Source: Octopus bimaculoides (lineage: Eukaryota). Taken from it: 46,952 bases of DNA. The stretch is taken from contig NC_068983.1 in assembly GCF_001194135.2 (NCBI RefSeq), positions 73,802,423-73,849,374 of the forward strand, in the 5' to 3' direction. The translations under genes and the position numbers were made by a program. The notes beneath the pieces are model-generated. The model had not been told where the DNA came from, searched no databases, and was given only the letters and a program-made list of their open reading frames with translations. Shown here one piece after another: positions 36,520 through 46,952 of this stretch (position 1 is the stretch's first letter; every line of letters begins with the position of its first letter).

Positions 36520-36705
36520 CACACACACCAACATATACATCTAGTCAATAGACTTCTTTTAGTTTCCATCGATCAAATCCAATTTCAAGGCTTTGGTCGT
36601 CCTGGGCTACAGTACAATACATCCCTCCAAGGTTGCATGCTGTGGGACTGAACGCCTGGTAAGACATCAGAAATGAACTTCTTCACCACACAACCATGTC
36701 TGCAC
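36520..36705 (-). mobile_element. SINE family A 5' half, degenerate
   Basis: ttagtttccatcgatcaaatcc..aaggctttggtcg..gtgggactgaac..caccacacaacc. Confidence 0.65.
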
Positions 36706-36998
36706 TTATACATACATACATACATACATATCTGTAATTATTGGGGCCCTGGGATATGTAAACACACTGCCTAAATACCAACCTTGAAAAATTAGGCTTC
36801 TCAAAACCAGAAAGGAGAAAGCTAATTCGAAAACTACAGATCCTATCTATCACTGGTACTGTAAAAATCTGCAAAACGTTCCAGAAGTTTATCATTTAAG
36901 TATATATGAGCATGTCTAGATATGTAACTATATGCATGAGAATACATACATAAAACACACATATCTGCACATACATACATACATACATACACACACCC

Positions 36999-37045
<47 letters not shown>

Positions 37046-37161
37046 TACTCTGTTGTTGTTGAAGTTCCAATGAAGAAACCTTGGATCTAAGTTAGAAACC
37101 GCTTCTTTCTCTATTGGCAAGAAATCTTAAAATAAACTGCATAATGACATACATACATACA

Positions 37162-37195
<34 letters not shown>

Positions 37196-37384
37196 CACAC
37201 ATTCTTTATTTTCTCTCCTTGTTTCTTTCTGTGGAAGAGCGTAGGCCCTTCCTGAGCATTAAACTAATACATTTGTTTGTTGTCTACACCACTTGTCTTT
37301 GTCTTTTGTTTTTTTGTGAATTCTCCCCCTACATACATATATACATATATACATATGTGTGTGTGCATATGTGTATGTGTATGT

Positions 37385-37550
37385 GTTATACATGGGGCTT
37401 TGTACAGTTTCTGTCTACCAATTTGATTCATAAGTTATTGGTTGGCCTGTGGCTATAGGAGAAAATACTTGCCCAAGGTGTCACTGAATGGGACTGAACT
37501 GAAAACCATGTACTTTCAAAACTTAACTTCTGAACCACACAGCCATGTCT
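37385..37550 (-). mobile_element. SINE family A 5' half, degenerate
   Basis: cagtttctgtctacc..ctatagga gaaaatacttgcccaaggtg..gggactgaac..cacacagcc. Confidence 0.7.
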
Positions 37551-37659
37551 GGAGCTTTGAAAGGACAAGGCTGTTTATGAATCTGTAATTTATGTGTGTG
37601 TGTGTTTTATGGGTTTTTTAAAAAATAATTTATGTTTTCTCTTCCTTTTGATATTTTAG

Positions 37660-38243
37660 GTAAGACATCAACAAAACCTGCTGTGGCTGCAAACCAAGAG
37701 GGAGATGAGGCTAAACTGAATCCTGATTCAGATACCAACAAAAATGAAACATCCCAGTTGGATGATTCAAAAGTCCATCCACTGAATGTTTTTAAACGAC
37801 GATGGATTGTATTGACTCTCTTCTGCTTTTTTTCAATGAGCAATGCTTACCAATGGATTCACTTAAATATCGTTGCTAACATCATAGAGACATACTATAA
37901 TGCCAGTTTACCAACAGATGAATATCAGAGAGAATTGGCGGTGGACTGGCTTTCTATGGTTTATATGCTTGCATATATTCCACTCATTTTTCCAGCGTCA
38001 TGGCTTCTGGATCGAAAGGGTCTTCGAGTGATAATCATCTGTGGGACACTGCTGAACTGTGTTGGAGCATGGTTGAAGTGTATAAGTGCATCACCAGATC
38101 GCTTCTGGTTGTTAATGATTGCACAGACAATTTGTGGCATTGCTCAAATTTTTGTTCTTGAAGTGCCACCTCGGTTGGCTGCTGTTTGGTTTGGGCCAAA
38201 TGAAGTGTCAACTGCAACATCTATAGGAGTATTTGGCAACCAG
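37660..38243 (+). CDS. FLVCR: Internal coding exon of an FLVCR1/FLVCR2-like (SLC49) major facilitator superfamily transporter, covering the N-terminal TM helices (choline/ethanolamine transporter family, historically called heme exporter)
   Basis: Translation contains VFKRRWIVLTLFCFFSMSNAYQWIHLNIVANII..YY, VDWLSMVYMLAYIPLIFPASWLLDRKGLR (MFS motif-A region) and AQTICGIAQIFVLEVPPRLAAVWFGPNEVSTATSIGVFGNQ, all typical of FLVCR proteins. Pyrimidine tract plus TTTAG acceptor ends at 37659 (phase 1). Donor CAG|GTATGT at 38243/38244 falls after ...GNQ (phase 0), matching the vertebrate FLVCR exon-1 boundary as I recall it. The ORF-track start (MFSLPFDIL) and tail (VCMFQM...) are intronic read-through. 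FLVCR1 versus FLVCR2 cannot be resolved. Confidence 0.95.
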
Positions 38244-38844
38244 GTATGTATGTTTCAAATGATTTCATTGGAAAAATTGATTTTGTTAATTGATTGGTAA
38301 TTGATTTCATATATGTTTAGGTATTTATTTTGAAAGATTCTTGATGTGAAATCATGTGTTGAAACAAATATTGTTATATTTTTGGTTGGTCATTTTTTTT
38401 TGCCAAATAAACACATGCACTATATATTTATTCTTCACTCTGAAGAACAAATACATAGTGCATGTGTTTATTTGGCAAAAAATAAAGAAAAAAGATCATC
38501 CTGAAATAAAGTAATATGATTTCAAATAATTTTTGAAAGTAAACCACAGAATTGTGAAAGGCCTGGTTAGAGGCCCAATCTTCCAAGTTCTTTTACAGGG
38601 CTTAGAAAAACTGAAGAACTGCTGCAATAAATGTGTGAATCTGAGAGGAGAATATGTTGAATAAAATAGTAATTAACTGATCCTGCTGTATTTTCTTTTA
38701 CCCCTTTGTGCATACCTATACATACATCAAAAGCAAAATATTTCCAGGGTCCCTCAAAATACTGTTGTGGATCTCCAATTTAGTATTTTGTTGCATGGAC
38801 CCCCCCAAAATCTTATACAGGCTCTCAGGGGCCATCCCAATACT

Positions 38845-39140
38845 TATTTTAAATCTGGTATTTATTCTATTGGTCTCTTTTGCCAAACTTAGTCATGAGG
38901 ATGTAAACAAACTGACACCAATTTTCCAGTGCACTGTTGTGTGTAAAAAAACAAACTCAAAGATTCTCTCACATACACACACACACACACACAGACTTTA
39001 CATCTGCCAAATTCACTCACAAGGCATTGGTTGATCTGGTACTATAGTAGAAGACACTTGCCTAAAGTATCATGCAGTGGGACTGAATCCAAAACCGTGT
39101 GGTTGCAAAGCAAATGCTTGACTACACAGCCATGTCTGTG
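38845..39140 (-). mobile_element. SINE family A, degenerate
   Basis: tttattctattggtctcttttgccaaac..cactcacaagg..ctatagtagaagacacttgcc..cagtgggactgaa. Confidence 0.75.
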
Positions 39141-39737
39141 CCTCATTTTTTAAAAAGCTTTTCTGAGAATTTTCAGGAAAGTTCTATTTGTGGTGTTTCT
39201 CTCACTTGAAAGAAAAATTCTCCATTTTGACAAGTTTTGCATTTTTGAGATTTTAGCTAAAAGATTCTCAGTTGTATTGGTGTGTTTTCATTAAGATGTT
39301 AGTTTACAGAAATAGTTTTAAATCCCGTATTCCTTCCTTTCTAGTGAACAGAATGCTAAATTGCTTTAAAACAAAGAAAAAAAAAAGCAACAAACAGACC
39401 AAAAACTCTATTTGAATACTAATGACATATATAAGTTACTGTTTTAATTTTTGTTTTGTCAAGTGGAGGCGGGAAAAGCATCTGTGATTCTTGCAACTCC
39501 ATCCTCCTCTTGCCAGATTGGTGATGCTGACTTGGCTGAATTTCTGTGAATGAAGAGGCACTTCCAAATGGCTGCAGTTCTGGGTAGGATTGGTTGGGAA
39601 AAGTGTTTAGTACAGAGTAGGGAGAGGACACAGTGTTAGTGATTAGTGTAAAAGAGGTGGATTCTCTAAGTGAGCTTGATGAAAGCAGTGCAGCATGTAG
39701 ATGTCTTGTTAGTTGAGAGCAACAGAAACCATTGGGG

Positions 39738-40198
39738 CTGTGGTTCTCAACTGGAGGTCCGTGTGGCCTTTTGGGGTCCATATAAATTTTTGCTGTTAAA
39801 GTTCAGGTATAATAAACTGCTGATTATTTATTATGGCCAGATTCCATCCTGAACTGCAGCAACAAAGTCCACCTGACATACTTCTTGGTCCAACATCACT
39901 GCCTCGAAGTCCTAGACACATTCGAGACCAGTATCTGCAATCATGTGGGTTCCACATGACTAATTTAAATGCTTCCAATTCAGGGTGGCACATGCAGTGA
40001 CCAGATAGTTGTAGCCGTCTTTGTTTATACTTCTTCCATAAATAAAACATTAAAAAATTTTTATACAATTCCTTATAATATTTAATCATAAAAATACAAT
40101 AAGTTCTTTTTTATATATATCCTGAATGGCTATGAGGGTCCAATTGAGCAAGATAGGAATCAAAGGGGTCTACTGGCAAAAATGGTTGAGAACCATTG
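39738..40198 (-). mobile_element. hAT-like MITE with both TIRs; no clear 8-bp TSD
   Basis: C(T)GTGGTTCTCAAC ... GTTGAGAACCATTG; interior homologous to 21537-21710 and 22107-22181. Confidence 0.65.
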
Positions 40199-40502
40199 TA
40201 TCAGAATTACTATGAAAGAAACAGAGAGAAAACAAAGTGCAACTGATGTGGGTTGTTCTTAAATTTGGTGGAATGTCAACTATTGATTAGTTTTAAAGAA
40301 GAAGAAACTTAGACGTTAGTAATGTAGTTTTGGCAATGTAATTGCTGGTTTGATTTTGAAATTTATTACAAATTTTATACATGAGAACTAAAAACCTAAA
40401 CAAGTTCTGCTTACAAAAGAATTTGTCTCTATGATAAATAAATTTGTTTGCTTGTTGCAAACAAACATCTGCAACAATAGTTTCCAAGGAGTCTGTACCC
40501 TG

Positions 40503-40565
<63 letters not shown>

Positions 40566-41249
40566 CATGTATGTATACATACATGTATGTATAATTGAAT
40601 GTATGTGTGTATGTATGTGTGCATGTGTTGTGCATGTGTTGTGCATGTGTGTGTGTGTGTGTGTGTGCATGAATGCATTTGCAGGATGTGATGTGTGTGT
40701 GAGAAAGAGGTAGATAGATAAGATAGATACTGAGAGGGAGTGCAAATAAAAGCATGTGTGAGAGAGAATACATGCAAAATAAACTTGTTTAGATGTATTT
40801 TTATACAAACGATAAATCTGAGATTTTTTTTTTAGTGTTTCAAATCTATCAGATGATTACATAATTAATGTGATTTTTCTCTCTGTTTATACTATTGATA
40901 ATGTGACAATCAATCTATTTACGTCTTTGATAATGTCATTTTCAACCTGTTTATATCATTGAGATTATTATTTGCAATCCATTTCAGCCATTAGTTATCA
41001 TTTTTCCTGATGGCAAAAGTTTAAATGTGTCCATATATTTTGAAATTAATATTTATTGCAGAGATCAATGACGATATTTTTTCTTTCTGTTATGGTTCCA
41101 TTAATTTATGGATATCAACACCTATGTTAATTCACACTTTTGCTTTGTATCTTATATTAAACATATCTCATATAAAGCTTATGAATTGCTTTGTGAGTTT
41201 AAAAGTTGTTTTGGAAAGAAATAGTGATAATGGGGGTTTTGTAAAATCA

Positions 41250-41735
41250 TCATCATCATCATCGTTTAACATCCGCTTTCCATGCTAGCATGGGTTGGAC
41301 AATTTGACTGAGGACTAGTGAAACCAGATGGCTACACCAGACTCCAATCTGATTTGGCAGAGTTTCTACAGCTGGATGCCCTTCCTAATGGCCAGTCAGG
41401 CGGTACTGGCAACGGCCACGCTCAGAATGGTGTATTTTATGTGCCACCTGCACAGGAGCCAGTTCGGCGGCACTGGCAATGATCTCACTCNNNNNNNNNN
41501 CTAGTGAAACCAGATGGCTACACCAGACTCCAATCTGATTTGGCAGAGTTTCTACAGCTGGATGCCCTTCCTAATGGCCAGTCAGGCGGTACTGGCAACG
41601 GCCACGCTCAGAATGGTGTATTTTATGTGCCACCTGCACAGGAGCCAGTTCGGCGGCACTGGCAATGATCTCACTCAAATGTCTTTACACGTGCCATCCG
41701 GCACAAGTGCCAGGAAGGCGATGCTGGGCACAGGT
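41250..41735 (-). mobile_element. RTE LINE 3'UTR fragment (partly duplicated across a 10-N gap)
   Basis: Same subfamily as 13315-13975. Confidence 0.85.
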
Positions 41736-41744
41736 GCCATTGAC

Positions 41745-41962
41745 GGTTGGTTTCAAATTTTGGCACAAGGCCAGCAATTTCAGGGGAGGGGGCAGGTTGA
41801 TTACATCAACCCCAATATTCAACTGGTACTTATTTTATCGACCTCTGAAAGAGTAAATGGCAAAGTGGACCTCAGCAGAATTTGAACTCAAAATGTACAG
41901 ACAAGCAAAATGCCATTAAAGCATTTTGTCTGGTGTGCTCATGATTTTGCCAGTTTGCCACC
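41745..41962 (-). mobile_element. SINE family B
   Basis: caactggtacttattttatcgacc..ggcaaagtggacctcagcagaatttgaactc. Confidence 0.8.
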
Positions 41963-42339
41963 ATGGGGTTTAGCAAAATACGAAAAATTACTTCATATTT
42001 TTTATTAGATGCTGGGTTGCTTTTCTTAATGACCTACTGTTATCTGACCTTCATGAAAGTAGTTTGGAGTTGTTGTTTAGCCCCAATTCAGTCCATCAGA
42101 CTGACAAAGTGTGTTTTTCTGGCAGACAAGTCATCATAGTATATGGCATAAACAAATAGTGTAAAACATTCAAACTTCATTACCATCTTTCCCAAATCCT
42201 GCTGTGTTTCACTTTGAAATGTTAGCCCTTTACAGTAGTCTTGGTGTATAAGTAAACCTACTCTTTTGGCTGCAAATTCATCATCATCATCATCACCACT
42301 GCCGCCACCACCATCATCAATCATCATCATCATCATCAT

Positions 42340-42343
42340 CACC

Positions 42344-42417
<74 letters not shown>

Positions 42418-42630
42418 TTAATGTCCTTCTTCCATGCTGGCATGGGTTGGATGGTTTGACACGAGCTGGCCAGGTAGGTAGAAGACTACACCAGACTTCT
42501 GTGTCTGTTTTGGCACAGATTTTACAGGTGGATGCCCTTTCAAATGCCAACCACTTTACAGTGTGGGCTGGATGTTTTTTTAAGTGACACCAACACTAGC
42601 AGAGTCACGAAGTAACTTTGCAAGACCTGG
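42340..42630 (-). mobile_element. RTE LINE 3' end with long (CAT)n tail
   Basis: catttaatgtccttcttccatgctggcatgggttgga..ggatgccc. Confidence 0.75.
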
Positions 42631-43443
42631 TCTGAAAAAAGTAACTTTTATGCTGGAAAATACAGTATTCTCAAAAATGCTTCAGTCCAGAACATCTGGT
42701 TTTTATTATTTTTTCTTTCCCATATAATATTGCCAGGACTCTATTAATCCATATTTTCTTAATTTCTGTAAATATGATATAGTATGATTTGTAGGAAATT
42801 TGGCTGCCATTTCTAGCAAGTCGACCAACTACTTAGAGCCTTTCTTTGTTGATATGTCAAGAGAATAAATATCTTCCCTTAGGGAGAATAGCATTAAAGG
42901 ATTAGCCTATTTATTAGTGAATGTATTTCTAACAATAATACTCCACTTGATTTTATCAGTAAATTTTAAAATGTTTAATAAAATAACTGTTATTGTATCT
43001 AATCTGTTGGTATTTTAAACTCTGTCACTTTAAACTTTTGTCAGACTGCTAAGGTACCGAGATGTGAACAAATCAACATCAGTTATCCTGTGGCATGAGG
43101 CCAAACACAAATACATGCTATATATATATATATNNNNNNNNNNNNNNNNNNNNNNNNNNNNNNNNNNNNNNNNNNNNNNNNNNNNNNNNNNNNNNNNNNN
43201 NNNNNNNNNNNNNNNNNNNNNNNNNNNNNNNNNNNNNNNNNNNNNNNNNNNNNNNNNNNNNNNNNNNNNNNNNNNNNNNNNNNNNNNNNNNNNNNNNNNN
43301 NNNNNNNNNNNNNNNNNNNNNNNNNNNNNNNNNNNNNNNNNNNNNNNNNNNNNNNNNNNNNNNNNNNNNNNNNNNNNNNNNNNNNNNNNNNNNNNNNNNN
43401 NNNNNNNNNNNNNNNNNNNNNNNNNNNNNNNNNNNNNNNNNNN

Positions 43444-43495
<52 letters not shown>

Positions 43496-44127
43496 ACACA
43501 CACACACATATATATATTAAAAAAGTTGAAAATGCACTGGAATTTGTTTAAATTTTTTATTGTTAACACTGAACTACAAGCATTCAATAGTTTGAGGTCA
43601 GAGACCAGTTGGTATCAAGGATTAATTCATCCTCTATTAATCATTTATTAACTTAATGTGAGTAGATTATCTACTATATATGAAAGCAGAGTATTGCATG
43701 TATTATGGGTGAATAGCCTGAGAGGTGCCAGGCTATTCCAGCAGTTTCTCTTGAACATAAGTACCCCCTCCACCACTTTCAATCTATAGATTTTGTCAAT
43801 AGAGGAAGGCTAGTGCACATGATATTTTTTCAGGATATCTGAGACTGATAAGGGAGAAGGAGGAAGTTATCCTCAGACCATTAATTTGGCCCAAAATCTA
43901 AAGGCACGCAGATCTAGCTGATAGTGTTAAACTGGCTGATGAATTAATCTTGCCACCCCAAAGCAAGAACAGTCCCTCCATCAGGCTTCCATGCAGATCC
44001 TGTCCACCAAATTGCATGTGCAAAGCTACACTTAAAGCAAAATTCTGGTAGATACATTCCTTAAGTTTTTTGCTACCAAACTACCTTAGACTACCCCTGG
44101 TGCTATGATGAAATCTTCTAGTTTTAA

Positions 44128-44359
44128 CCCTTTAGCATTAAAACCAGAATATCTGGTCGAAACATTCTGTTATATGTTCAAACTGGCCAAATTCTGGCCT
44201 CTCACACTTATTCTACAATGTCATTTTCAAAATAATCAATCACAAAAATCTTGATGCTGCAAAAATCTTGATGCTGCAAGATAATGCATGATTAATTGAA
44301 AACAATGTGAATATATATATAAGTATTACATTTGACAGAGTAATCTGAATACTAAAGGG
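44128..44359. mobile_element. piggyBac-type MITE
   Basis: TTAA-CCCTTTAGCATT ... AATACTAAAGGG-TTAA: TTAA target duplication and CCC/GGG ends. Confidence 0.8.
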
Positions 44360-44431
44360 TTAAAGTGATGTATATAATAGCCATCTGTGAAAATTTCGTG
44401 TTAATCTATGTTCCAAATACCAACTTAATAA

Positions 44432-44590
44432 ATGGTTTTAAATTTTAGTACAGGGCCAGCAAGTTCGTGGGTGGGGGTGGGGTTAAGTTGATTACATAGA
44501 CTCCAGTGCACAACTGATACTTATTTTACTGGCCCCCAAAAGATGAAAGGCAAAGTCAATCTTGGTGGAATTTGAACTCAGAACGTAAAC
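44432..44590 (-). mobile_element. 5'-truncated SINE family B inserted in a second piggyBac-like MITE
   Basis: Flanked by ACC(A/G)ACTTAATAA at 44419-44431 and 44591-44603. Confidence 0.7.
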
Positions 44591-44949
44591 ACCGACTTAA
44601 TAATGACATGCTTATTTTACTAAATTATTCACTTTATTATTATACCTATTTTATGTTCAAACCAACCAGAGCCACACATATTCTGTAATGTCATTATATT
44701 ATTTTCAAAATCCATTGAAACAAAGGCAGTTATTTCAACAGAAGTATGGTAACAAAAGGGTTAGAGTGCTGTGTAGTGGGATCAAGCCTAACCCTGATGT
44801 TACAAATTGAATTTACAAACCATGTTGAGTAAATTTTGTTGAATTGTGAGTACTCTTCTACCACAATATAATCTGAGTTAGGAAGTTTTCTTGAGTAAAA
44901 AAATCAGCCATATAGTTACTTAAATTTTAGGAGTAATTTGCTGGAAATA

Positions 44950-45325
44950 TTATTTTCCTATATTGACTGTGTAGTCAAGAAATTCACATTGCAACCACAA
45001 GGTTATGGATTCAATCCCATTGCACAACATTTTGGCTATGTGTCTTTTAAAATTGTTTTGGAACCAATCAAAGAATTTGGTAGATGGAAACTATATGGAA
45101 ACCCTTTGGATGTGTGTGTATCAACACTATGTATACAGGCAGTGCATTACAAAAATACAATACATTATTTAGTTTCCTGGGAATTATGTTCCTTTCCATT
45201 GGTCAATTTGCTTTTCATTCTTTACTTGGTGCTGGAGTCAATATAATCATACAAGTTGACTATAGTGCTCCAGAATGGCTGCAGTCCAATGATTAAGACT
45301 GAAAAGAGAAAGTTAAAAAAAGAAC
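44950..45325 (+). mobile_element. SINE family A, old and degenerate
   Basis: gtgtagtcaagaaatt..gattcaatcccattgc..tttggtagatggaaact..gtgctccagaatggctgcagtcc..gactgaaa. Confidence 0.6.
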
Positions 45326-46429
45326 AAATGAATAAAAAGCATAACTAGTTTTTCTGTTAGCAATTAGACTATCTGATCCATATTTGGTTAACTAAAAAGA
45401 AATTGCATTCTGCCATCACAATATGTCTCATTAGTTAATTAAAGCCATTTTTGAAAAATGAACTGAAGAAAATTCTGGTGAAATATCTGTATTCTTCGTA
45501 TTTTCCTGAACTTCCCTCTTCATATCGTCTTTTTGAAATCAGAAAATTGACTAAAAACAATGCAAAAGCCAAGCTTTTNNNNNNNNNNNNNNNNNNNNNN
45601 NNNNNNNNNNNNNNNNNNNNNNNNNNNNNNNNNNNNNNNNNNNNNNNNNNNNNNNNNNNNNNNNNNNNNNNNNNNNNNNNNNNNNNNNNNNNNNNNNNNN
45701 NNNNNNNNNNNNNNNNNNNNNNNNNNNNNNNNNNNNNNNNNNNNNNNNNNNNNNNNNNNNNNNNNNNNNNNNNNNNNNNNNNNNNNNNNNNNNNNNNNNN
45801 NNNNNNNNNNNNNNNNNNNNNNNNNNNNNNNNNNNNNNNNNNNNNNNNNNNNNNNNNNNNNNNNNNNNNNNNNNNNNNNNNNNNNNNNNNNNNNNNNNNN
45901 NNNNNNNNNNNNNNNNNNNNNNNNNNNNNNNNNNNNNNNNNNNNNNNNNNNNNNNNNNNNNNNNNNNNNNNNNNNNNNNNNNNNNNNNNNNNNNNNNNNN
46001 NNNNNNNNNNNNNNNNNNNNNNNNNNNNNNNNNNNNNNNNNNNNNNNNNNNNNNNNNNNNNNNNNNNNNNNNNNNNNNNNNNNNNNNNNNNNNNNNNNNN
46101 NNNNNNNNNNNNNNNNNNNNNNNNNNNNNNNNNNNNNNNNNNNNNNNNNNNNNNNNNNNNNNNNNNNNNNNNNNNNNNNNNNNNNNNNNNNNNNNNNNNN
46201 NNNNNNNNNNNNNNNNNNNNNNNNNNNNNNNNNNNNNNNNNNNNNNNNNNNNNNNNNNNNNNNNNNNNNNNNNNNNNNNNNNNNNNNNNNNNNNNNNNNN
46301 NNNNNNNNNNNNNNNNNNNNNNNNNNNNNNNNNNNNNNNNNNNNNNNNNNNNNNNNNNNNNNNNNNNNNNNNNNNNNNNNNNNNNNNNNNNNNNNNNNNN
46401 NNNNNNNNNNNNNNNNNNNNNNNNNNNNA

Positions 46430-46900
46430 ACCAACTACATGGTTCTGGGTTCAGTCCTGTTGTCTGGTACCTTGGGTGACTGTATTCTTCTATAGCCTTG
46501 GGCTGACCAAAGCCTTGTGAGTAGATTTGGTAGATGGAAACTGAAAGAAGCCCATTGTATATATATATATGTGTGTGTGTGTGTATGTATATGTCAGTGT
46601 GTCCGCTTTACAGCCGATGTGAATATAGTTGGTAGATGGAAACTGAAAGAAGCCCTTTGTGTAAATGTGTGTGTGTGTGCTAGTGTTTCTATCTGTCTCC
46701 AACCACTTCTTGACGGTTGGTGTTGGTTTGTTTACATCCTCATAACTTAGCTGTTCGGCAAAAGAAGCTGATAGAATAACTACCAGGCTTAAAAAAAAGT
46801 AAGCACAGGGGTTCAATTTGTTTGACTAAAATTCTTCAAGGCAGTACCCCAGCATGGCCATAGTCTAATGACTGAAACAAATAAAAGATAAAAAGATAAC
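46430..46900 (+). mobile_element. SINE family A with internal duplication
   Basis: ttggtagatggaaactgaaagaagccc occurs twice (about 46528 and 46629). Confidence 0.85.
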
Positions 46901-46908
46901 AGATAAAG

Positions 46909-46952
<44 letters not shown>

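Noticed and set aside
41315-41670. Apparent tandem duplication in RTE 3'UTR
   Set aside because: Identical sequence flanking a 10-N gap; assembly artefact

Overview
AT-rich, gap-riddled (N-run) eukaryotic draft sequence, almost all intronic or intergenic. The repeat families ((CAT)n-tailed RTE LINE ends, several tRNA-headed SINEs, very dense CA/TA/GA/TAA/CAT microsatellites) point to an octopod cephalopod genome such as Octopus; this is an inference. Only one convincing protein-coding exon is present: 37660-38243 (+), the N-terminal half of an FLVCR/SLC49-family MFS transporter. Its upstream and downstream exons are not identifiable in the window. Nearly all ORFs in the supplied track are microsatellite, gap or SINE artefacts. 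The most notable observation is a 569-bp fold-back element at 5310-5878 with a 12-bp target-site duplication. It consists of two head-to-head tRNA-like (Pol III box A/B) units, each carrying a minimal Penelope-type hammerhead-ribozyme motif, and the left unit lacks exactly the cleavage triplet. Two unrelated repeat families (19.7, 30.9 and 37.2 kb; 31.5 kb) carry the same hammerhead-like architecture with variant cores. Also seen: a degenerate R4/Dong LINE remnant, a possible MMP-like pseudo-exon antisense at 35.2-35.5 kb, an AG|GTAAGA recursive-splice-like acceptor on the FLVCR exon, and an intronic 42-bp hairpin with A-C mismatches.
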